From NCBI RefSeq assembly GCF_014396165.1, contig NZ_CP060715.1:1380001-1412000 (forward strand): DNA of 32,000 nt. The letters are read 5' to 3'. The DNA is from Erysipelothrix inopinata (GTDB lineage Bacteria > Bacillota_I > Bacilli_A > Erysipelotrichales > Erysipelotrichaceae). Both the position numbers and the translations under genes were made by a program. Below are positions 8,347 through 14,477 of this stretch, piece by piece. Below the pieces are notes generated by a model. The model saw nothing but the letters and a program-made list of their open reading frames with translations. It had not been told where the DNA came from and made no database searches. The first letter of the stretch is position 1, and each line of letters opens with the position of its first letter.

Positions 8347-9060
8347 ATGGAAATAAAAGGATATTTTACGCATCGAGGTTATTACACGAAAGATCAGAGT
8401 ATTCCAGAGAATTCGTTGAGCGCATTTCAAAATTCAATTGAACATGGCTTTGGTATTGAGCTCGATTTACAACTCAGTAAAGATGGTGTAGTTTATGTCT
8501 TTCATGATGATAATCTCAAACGAATGACCGGGAATGAACATCAGTTTATTGAGCTTAATTCAGACGAGATTGATGCACTTCGTATATACGGTGAAGCGAT
8601 ACCTCGGTTTGAACAGGTATTGAATCTTGTAAAGGGACAGGTCCCTCTTATTGTGGAATTGAAGTCGTTAGGTTCACACAATGAATCCCTTTGTAAAAAG
8701 AGTTGGGAACTTCTTCAAAACTATACGGGTGATTATTGTGTCGAATCCTTTGACCCGCGAATTGTAAAATGGTTTAAAAAGAATCATCCTGAAATAATTA
8801 GAGGACAACTCTTCTTAAGTTATAAAGAATATAAATCACTACCACTTAAAATATTTATGCCAACCATGCTTACTAATCTTGGTACAAGTCCTCATTTTTG
8901 TGCACTTTCCAAGCACATGGGCATAACTAAATTTGGAACATGGTATTATAAAACATTTTCAAAAAAACTAGTGGGGTGGACGATTCATGAAGGTGAAGAA
9001 AGAACATTCTATGATGCTCAGATTTTTGAATTTTTCAATCCTGATAAAAAGGAGTCATAA
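8347..9060 (+). CDS. Glycerophosphodiester phosphodiesterase (GDPD family), cytoplasmic
   Basis: THRGY...ENSLSAFQ...GIELDLQLSKDGVVYVFHDDNL is the GDPD catalytic signature. No signal peptide. The start ATG is 1 nt after the MFS stop; the upstream part of the track ORF (8302) overlaps the MFS gene. Confidence 0.88.
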   Translation: MEIKGYFTHRGYYTKDQSIPENSLSAFQNSIEHGFGIELDLQLSKDGVVYVFHDDNLKRMTGNEHQFIELNSDEIDALRIYGEAIPRFEQVLNLVKGQVPLIVELKSLGSHNESLCKKSWELLQNYTGDYCVESFDPRIVKWFKKNHPEIIRGQLFLSYKEYKSLPLKIFMPTMLTNLGTSPHFCALSKHMGITKFGTWYYKTFSKKLVGWTIHEGEERTFYDAQIFEFFNPDKKES

Positions 9061-9077
9061 GTGACTCCTTTTGCTGG
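9047..9077 (+). terminator. Weak terminator after the GDPD gene
   Basis: Stem AAGGAGTCA / TGACTCCTT around the stop codon, followed by a short TTTTG tail. Confidence 0.4.
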
Positions 9078-9163
9078 TTCAATAAGTTGTGTGAACTTTA
9101 CAGAAATTGGAATATTCGTTGTGAAGCATGGTAGAATTATACAGAAGTAAGGAGTTAGTGATT

Positions 9164-9817
9164 ATGAATTCAAAGCAAAAAAAATATCGATACTTGGTAC
9201 CCATTATTTTATATTATGTTGTAGTAACAATTATCGTAAATCCTTTTGAATATAATATTCACACTGCGATGTTGTGGAATCTTTTTTTGAGTGCAATTCC
9301 ATTGTTATTCGCGAGTCTTGTTGCCAAAGAATCAATCAAGTGGAAACCTATTTGGGTTGTTCTTTGGATAATAATGCTTCCCAACGCCTTTTATATGTTC
9401 ACGGATCTAATTCATGTTAATATGTTTAATTTTTACATTCCAACTGCCAATAATTATCAGCTCCCATATAACTCCAATATCATGGCATGGCTGGGAATTA
9501 TTCAAATTGTATTTTCAGTATTCTTAGGAGTACTGTTTGGCTTAGTTGCAATGCGCCGCGTAATTAGACATTATTTTGAAGTTGGAACACCAAAATATAC
9601 GCTCGCGGTTATTTTAGTTTCGTTCTTGAACGCTCTGGGTATTTATCTTGGACGCTTTTTACGCCTTTACTCTTGGGATATTTTCAAACCCATGACAATA
9701 CTTGCAAAATTATCGGATATGACCGTTCCTTTTGCTGTAGAATTTGTAAGCTCGTATATGATGTTGATTATTGCTTTATATTATGTTTATGAATTTGTTG
9801 TGGCAAATCGAAAATAA
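9164..9817 (+). CDS. DUF1361 domain-containing integral membrane protein
   Basis: The motifs MLWNLFLSAIP, LPNAFYMFTDLIHV and YLGRFLRLYSWD match my recollection of DUF1361. SD AAGGAG lies 8 nt upstream of the ATG at 9164. Confidence 0.75.
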   Translation: MNSKQKKYRYLVPIILYYVVVTIIVNPFEYNIHTAMLWNLFLSAIPLLFASLVAKESIKWKPIWVVLWIIMLPNAFYMFTDLIHVNMFNFYIPTANNYQLPYNSNIMAWLGIIQIVFSVFLGVLFGLVAMRRVIRHYFEVGTPKYTLAVILVSFLNALGIYLGRFLRLYSWDIFKPMTILAKLSDMTVPFAVEFVSSYMMLIIALYYVYEFVVANRK

Positions 9818-9829
9818 TTCCTCAATTCA

Positions 9830-9869
9830 TAGTATACGACGCTAACTGTCCGATATAGATGCTATACTA
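9830..9869 (+). promoter_or_regulatory. Inverted repeat TAGTATA (9830-9836) / TATACTA (9863-9869); the right arm overlaps an extended -10 (TGcTATACT, 9860-9868)
   Basis: Read directly from the sequence. It lies in the 71-nt gap upstream of the unknown/WYL gene pair. Confidence 0.4.
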
Positions 9870-9888
9870 GGTTCAAGAGGTGATCAAG

Positions 9889-10437
9889 ATGAATAAAGGA
9901 TACAGTGTTAAAGATTTCGCAATGAATTTGAAAGGAAATGATGTGACATCATTTATTAATAATCAGTCTCATCGTTTTACAGAACGTTTTGGATTATCGT
10001 TCTCTGATACAGTGCAAGTTACGCTTCGTTTTGAAGATGCACATGATGCTCAAGATTTCTACAATGAACTTCGCTATAATCAAACCTATGCACTTGACTA
10101 TACAGTCACAACATCACGTTTAAATGCATGCGAGCTTATTGTTGATGGAGCTGAAACGCTTTATGACTATTTTGGAAGTCGTGAACCTAACTTGTTAACG
10201 GTGAGTCGTGATTTAAAGCTCAATTTTGAAATTATCTATAATCAAGAATATACAGGAATTGAATTTACGGGAATGGTTCACCGTGGTGAGCTCTTATCAC
10301 GTCAATGTGTGGTAGAAGTTGCATCTGTTATACCAGAATTGTCGCTAGGTGGCTTATCCAAAATTGCTCGAGAGGCTTCAGAATTTGATGATTTATTAAC
10401 ACGTTGCTATATTGTGAAAGGAACACCATTACTATGA
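9889..10437 (+). CDS. Hypothetical soluble protein (~182 aa), no family recognised
   Basis: Long ORF with SD AGAGG 8 nt upstream of the ATG at 9889 (the track starts at a GTG at 9880). No TM or signal peptide. Its stop overlaps the next start (ATGA). Confidence 0.7.
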   Translation: MNKGYSVKDFAMNLKGNDVTSFINNQSHRFTERFGLSFSDTVQVTLRFEDAHDAQDFYNELRYNQTYALDYTVTTSRLNACELIVDGAETLYDYFGSREPNLLTVSRDLKLNFEIIYNQEYTGIEFTGMVHRGELLSRQCVVEVASVIPELSLGGLSKIAREASEFDDLLTRCYIVKGTPLL

Positions 10438-11360
10438 GTCGTTTGACCAATGCTTTACAAATGTTGGACATCTTGTCCGCACGATCGGTAGTCTCCCTAG
10501 ATGAACTTGCGGATACGCTCGAAATATCGACTCGAGCAGTTCAGAGGTTAAAAGATGATTTGGAGTCTGTAGGATATCATATTGATACTAAAATGGGCCC
10601 TAATGGAGGGTATACATTAAAATATCAAACTCAAATTCATCCTATTGAATTTAACATTGAAGAACGTAAAATATTGAAGCAAGCATTGGCACTTGTCATG
10701 CATCAAAACTCGACCCAAAGTCGAGATTTTGTGCGTGCAGTTTCAAAACTTTCACGACAGCTTGATTATCCAGAACTTAGTATGGTTGAATCCTTTCAAT
10801 CCGTTCGCCTAAATATTGATCCCGAGAAATATCAAAACTTCATAACTACACTAACGCAAGCCATTGAATCTTGTCATCGCGTTACTCTTGAATATAATAA
10901 GAATCACCGTGAAACAAAAACATATCGTTTTGAGCCCTATGAACTCGTTTTGGTTAATAAATTATGGTATGTGTTTGGGTATGATGAAAAAGGACGCTAT
11001 CTCAGTTTGAAAATAAACAAAATCAATGATGTTACGATATTAGAAAGTACATTCCTAAAAGATGAAAACACCTCTTCAAGACAAGTTCTTTCTGACTACG
11101 GATACAAAATCCAACCTGTTATGACCGAATTACTCATTACTGATCAGGATTATTTAAGTGAATATATCTGGGGAAAAAACCAAACAATCACCTGGTTAGA
11201 TGATCATCGTTTTAAATTAGAAGTGGAATTTCCAAATGAAATGTCAGTTAAAAATTTCGTGATGAGAAGTGCACGTCATATCACAATAATAGAACCCGTC
11301 TGGTTAAAAGATTGGCTTTATCAAGAAGCTCAAGAAATAATCGAAAGATACAAACAATGA
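10434..11360 (+). CDS. WYL domain-containing transcriptional regulator (N-terminal HTH, central WYL, C-terminal WCX-like; PafBC/BrxR/CapW-type architecture)
   Basis: The N-terminus (RLTNALQMLDILSARSVVSLDELADTLEISTRAVQRLKDDLESVGYHI) is a DeoR/HTH_11-type wHTH. RFEPYELVLVNKLWYVFGYDEKGRYLSLKINKI is a classic WYL core. The start is set at the ATG overlapping the upstream TGA. Confidence 0.85.
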   Translation: MSRLTNALQMLDILSARSVVSLDELADTLEISTRAVQRLKDDLESVGYHIDTKMGPNGGYTLKYQTQIHPIEFNIEERKILKQALALVMHQNSTQSRDFVRAVSKLSRQLDYPELSMVESFQSVRLNIDPEKYQNFITTLTQAIESCHRVTLEYNKNHRETKTYRFEPYELVLVNKLWYVFGYDEKGRYLSLKINKINDVTILESTFLKDENTSSRQVLSDYGYKIQPVMTELLITDQDYLSEYIWGKNQTITWLDDHRFKLEVEFPNEMSVKNFVMRSARHITIIEPVWLKDWLYQEAQEIIERYKQ

Positions 11361-11482
11361 CTTGCTTTTTTAAACGTGCCATACTAAACTTATAGTTGCA
11401 ATCAAACATAGAGGTGTGGTGCCACATGGATTTTAATTATAAAAAAATGCTAGATTATGTGTCTAAGAGAGAGGTTTACGAT

Positions 11483-12085
11483 ATGATAGTTATTGAAGGA
11501 GTCGTGGGTGTCGGAAAGAGTTCACTCATGCGTATTTTAGGTCAACAAGGATATGAAGAATTTGAGGAGCCTGTTGTCGACAATCCAGTATTGGATAAGT
11601 TTTATCACGATCGTAATCGTTATTCATTCCCTTTACAAGTTTTCTTCTTGAATAAACGATTCGAACATATTAAACAAGCGAAAGATGTTTCAAAAGCCGT
11701 TATGGATCGTAGTATTTATGGTGATGCAATTTTTGCCAGAATGCTAAACATCAACGATGAAATGTCGGATGAAGAATTTCAAATTTACTCAGAATTATTA
11801 CAAAACATGTTAGAACATGTTCATACTCCAAAACTTATGATTTACTTAGAAATCAGTGTTGATGAAGCGATGAAACGTATTCAAAAACGTGGTCGTGATT
11901 ATGAACAAATTGTTGAACGTGAGTATTGGGAAAAATTGAATCATGAATATTCAGAATATTTTGATCAATACGAATTGTCTCCAATGTTAAAAATTAATGT
12001 TGATAATCTGGACTTTGAAAACAATGAAGAAGACAGACTCTATGTCTTAAAGTTAATATCAGAAAAATTAAGCACTTTAGAATGA
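11483..12085 (+). CDS. Deoxynucleoside kinase (dAK/dGK/dCK family)
   Basis: P-loop IEGVVGVGKSS, DNPVLDKFY, the RSIYGD motif and the KRGRDYE lid are as in Bacillus/Lactobacillus deoxynucleoside kinases. The preferred start is ATG 11483 (SD GAGAGAGG 8 nt upstream). An alternative ATG at 11426 would add 19 aa. Confidence 0.85.
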   Translation: MIVIEGVVGVGKSSLMRILGQQGYEEFEEPVVDNPVLDKFYHDRNRYSFPLQVFFLNKRFEHIKQAKDVSKAVMDRSIYGDAIFARMLNINDEMSDEEFQIYSELLQNMLEHVHTPKLMIYLEISVDEAMKRIQKRGRDYEQIVEREYWEKLNHEYSEYFDQYELSPMLKINVDNLDFENNEEDRLYVLKLISEKLSTLE

Positions 12086-12095
12086 GGTTATTCCT

Positions 12096-12626
12096 ATGAG
12101 ATGGTTAGAGACCGCAAAAGCTTACAAACAACATGATCCTGCTGTTCGCAGTATATTTGAAGTTATTTTACTGTACCCAGGATATCATGCGATGTTCTAT
12201 TATCGAATAGCACATGCATTGTATCGTTGCCATCTTTATTTTCTTGCGCGTCTTGTTTCTCAGATAGGACGGTTCTTAACGCAAATTGAAATCCATCCAG
12301 GAGCAGAAATTGGAAGATGATTTGTAATCGATCATGGAAATGGTGTCGTAATTGGCGAAACAGCAATCATTGGTGATGATTGCTTGATTCACCATGGCGT
12401 TACCTTGGGAGGAAAATCTCGCGAGGTAGGGAAACGTCATCCGACTTTAGGCAATAAAGTTCATATTGGTGCAGGAGCGCAAGTTATTGGTGCTATCCAT
12501 ATTGGTGATCACGCGGTGATTGGCGCTGGTTCTGTTGTGACAAAAGATGTAGCGGATTGCGATATTGTTGCAGGTGTACCTGCACGAACAATCAGAAATA
12601 AGTGTACTGAAGAAGGCAAAATATAG
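12096..12626 (+). pseudogene. cysE: Serine O-acetyltransferase (cysE) interrupted by a single in-frame TGA at 12318-12320
   Basis: The track ORFs 12096..12320 and 12384..12626 are in the same frame. Read-through gives [40 protein letters not shown]..., the hexapeptide-repeat core of CysE. The stop occupies the position that is Arg in the B. subtilis-type sequence as I recall it (GRRFFIDHG). Confidence 0.8.
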
Positions 12627-12640
12627 CCTTCTTCTTTTTG
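12609..12640 (+). terminator. Rho-independent terminator after cysE
   Basis: Stem GAAGAAGGC / GCCTTCTTC with an 8-nt loop, followed by TTTTT. Confidence 0.75.
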
Positions 12641-12742
12641 TATAAAAATGTTCATATAATTTTCACAATGTTTTAAAGTATCAATAGGAGTGCTTTATCA
12701 CAACATTTATGCTTTTATTTAGCACTTTATAAATTAGCAGAC

Positions 12743-12771
12743 TTTACATTGAGAGTCGATAAAGATAGAAT
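12743..12771 (+). promoter_or_regulatory. Sigma-A-type promoter: -35 TTTACA, 17-bp spacer, -10 TAGAAT
   Basis: The hexamers at 12743-12748 and 12766-12771 have exact 17-nt spacing. They lie 22 nt upstream of the SD/ATG of the small gene. Confidence 0.6.
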
Positions 12772-12792
12772 AATATCAGGAGGTATTGTAAA

Positions 12793-13037
12793 ATGGCAAA
12801 AAACAATAAAGGTACTATCATTAAATTTACTGCAATGACAGCTGTCGCAGCAGGGCTGTATTTGTCGGCGTACAAACAGCAAAATATATTCAAAATCATT
12901 CTCGCGAACAAGAAGCAAAAGACTTACTAGTTGAGAAGTATGGCGAAAAAATGGAAAACAAGAAAGTAATTATCGTTGATGAAAACGAAAGCTTTCCACA
13001 ACGTGTTTTCCGTGCATTTACCTCACTTTTTATCTAA
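12793..13037 (+). pseudogene. Small single-TM protein gene (~80 aa if repaired) disrupted by a 1-nt frameshift at the A-run 12881-12884
   Basis: AGGAGG SD plus the ATG at 12793 gives MAKNNKGTIIKFTAMTAVAAGLYLSAYKQQ, then an off-frame tail to a TAG at 12928. The other frame continues KYIQNHSREQEAKDLLVEKYGEKMENKKVIIVDENESFPQRVFRAFTSLFI to a TAA at 13035-13037, directly before a strong terminator. That frame has no in-frame start before 12951. Confidence 0.5.
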
Positions 13038-13058
13038 TAACCTAAAATTTTGCTAATT

Positions 13059-13088
13059 AAAAGCCGAGATATTCTCGGCTTTTTTTTA
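13059..13088. terminator. Strong hairpin terminator, A-run on the left and T-run on the right (potentially bidirectional)
   Basis: AAAAGCCGAG-atatt-CTCGGCTTTTTTTT. Confidence 0.85.
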
Positions 13089-13780
13089 TTATCGTTTTAG
13101 AAAACCACACGCTATGCGTGTGAGAACATAAACTTATAGAGTTGTAACAGAAAAAAACCTCCATGTTATTATAAATGTGACTGACAATCGCAAATATAAA
13201 CAAGGAGGTAATAACTTGGTACCAAGTGAAAATAGTTTAGCACATACTCGATGGAATTGTAAGTATCACATTGTGTTTATTCCGAAATATAGACGCAAAG
13301 TAATCTATGGGAAACTTAGAATAGACATCGGATCAATTCTAAGAAAGTTATGTGAAATGAAAGATGTAGAAATCATTGAGGCCCATGCATGTGTAGATCA
13401 TATTCATATGTTGGTGAAGATACCACCGAAATTATCGGTATCTGCGTTTGTGGGATACCTTAAGGGTAAAAGTACATTGATGATTTTTGATAGGCATGCA
13501 AATCTCAAATATAAACAAGGAAATAGAAACTTCTGGGCAAAGGGATACTATGTGAGTACAGTAGGACTTAATCAGAAAACAATTGAGAACTACATTAGAA
13601 GCCAAGAGACAGAAGATAAGCTACGAGATGAAATGACAAAGCGAGAATATATTGATCCCTTTAAGGGATAGTAAGCAATGAAATAGCGGTTGTCAGTCTC
13701 AATGAAAAAACCCCTTTAGGGGTCGTGAGCAGGAAGCCCTTCTAGGGCGATACTAAAACTACCCGTTATACGGGTAGATA
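13085..13780 (+). mobile_element. IS200-like insertion sequence (IS200/IS605 family, tnpA only), copy 1
   Basis: 696-bp unit with a left-end hairpin (CACACGC-tat-GCGTGTG, 13106-13122), a single Y1 transposase gene, and right-end hairpins including CTACCCGT-tat-ACGGGTAG (13759-13777). No terminal inverted repeats, as expected for this family. Confidence 0.9.
13216..13671 (+). CDS. tnpA: IS200/IS605 family transposase TnpA (Y1/HUH)
   Basis: SLAHTRWNCKYHIVFIPKYRRK..., the HUH motif (DHIHMLV) and the catalytic-Tyr region (YIRSQE) are all present. The most likely start is TTG 13216, 7 nt after a perfect AAGGAGG; the track ORF begins at an upstream GTG (13177). Confidence 0.9.
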   Translation: MVPSENSLAHTRWNCKYHIVFIPKYRRKVIYGKLRIDIGSILRKLCEMKDVEIIEAHACVDHIHMLVKIPPKLSVSAFVGYLKGKSTLMIFDRHANLKYKQGNRNFWAKGYYVSTVGLNQKTIENYIRSQETEDKLRDEMTKREYIDPFKG

Positions 13781-14476
13781 TTTATTATCGTTTTAGAAAA
13801 CCACACGCTATGCGTGTGAGAACATAAACTTATAGAGTTGTAACAGAAAAAAACCTCCATGTTATTATAAATGTGACTGACAATCGCAAATATAAACAAG
13901 GAGGTAATAACTTGGTACCAAGTGAAAATAGTTTAGCACATACTCGATGGAATTGTAAGTATCACATTGTGTTTATTCCGAAATATAGACGCAAAGTAAT
14001 CTATGGGAAACTTAGAATAGACATCGGATCAATTCTAAGAAAGTTATGTGAAATGAAAGATGTAGAAATCATTGAGGCCCATGCATGTGTAGATCATATT
14101 CATATGTTGGTGAAGATACCACCGAAATTATCGGTATCTGCGTTTGTGGGATACCTTAAGGGTAAAAGTACATTGATGATTTTTGATAGGCATGCAAATC
14201 TCAAATATAAACAAGGAAATAGAAACTTCTGGGCAAAGGGATACTATGTGAGTACAGTAGGACTTAATCAGAAAACAATTGAGAACTACATTAGAAGCCA
14301 AGAGACAGAAGATAAGCTACGAGATGAAATGACAAAGCGAGAATATATTGATCCCTTTAAGGGATAGTAAGCAATGAAATAGCGGTTGTCAGTCTCAATG
14401 AAAAAACCCCTTTAGGGGTCGTGAGCAGGAAGCCCTTCTAGGGCGATACTAAAACTACCCGTTATACGGGTAGATA
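13781..14476 (+). mobile_element. IS200-like insertion sequence, copy 2, head-to-tail with copy 1
   Basis: By eye, the sequence from 13781 repeats 13085-13780 exactly (offset 696), and the encoded proteins are identical. Confidence 0.9.
13912..14367 (+). CDS. tnpA: IS200/IS605 family transposase TnpA (Y1/HUH), second identical copy
   Basis: Identical translation to 13216..13671. Confidence 0.9.
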   Translation: MVPSENSLAHTRWNCKYHIVFIPKYRRKVIYGKLRIDIGSILRKLCEMKDVEIIEAHACVDHIHMLVKIPPKLSVSAFVGYLKGKSTLMIFDRHANLKYKQGNRNFWAKGYYVSTVGLNQKTIENYIRSQETEDKLRDEMTKREYIDPFKG

Positions 14477-14477
14477 T

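Noticed and set aside
11361-11482. A possible longer N-terminus for the deoxynucleoside kinase (track start 11396, or ATG 11426), or an independent regulatory element between the WYL gene and the kinase.
   Set aside because: Characterised kinases of this family begin a few residues before the P-loop, and ATG 11483 has the best SD. The 11396 start has no SD. I could find only a weak promoter-like TTGCTT-17-TAAACT and no terminator, so I could not decide between co-transcription and a separate promoter, and I did not annotate it.
12318-12320. The in-frame TGA in cysE as evidence for a TGA-sense genetic code (table 4 or 25).
   Set aside because: TGA ends several well-defined genes at tight junctions with the next start: 10435-10437 (ATGA), 12083-12085, 16513-15 (ATGA), 24232-24234, and the PadR stop on the minus strand. 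TGA is therefore a normal stop in this genome, and a single nonsense change or a sequencing error is the simpler reading.
12727-12918. 63-aa minus-strand ORF in the region after cysE.
   Set aside because: The plus strand here carries a complete promoter, SD, coding region and terminator unit (the frameshifted small gene). The minus-strand ORF has no SD and a cysteine-rich nonsense-like translation.
13177-13215. The upstream GTG start given by the ORF track for tnpA (164 aa); the same applies at 13873 for copy 2.
   Set aside because: A perfect AAGGAGG sits inside this extension, 7 nt before a TTG at 13216. That start gives a ~151-aa protein beginning just before the conserved SLAHTRW region, which is the usual size of IS200 TnpA. 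The extension is not excluded, but it is less likely.
13085-14476. Whether the two 696-bp repeats could be a CRISPR-like or satellite array, or an IS605-type element with tnpB/omega RNA.
   Set aside because: There are only two units, each encoding a complete Y1 transposase with its end hairpins. There is no tnpB ORF and no short spacer-repeat organisation.
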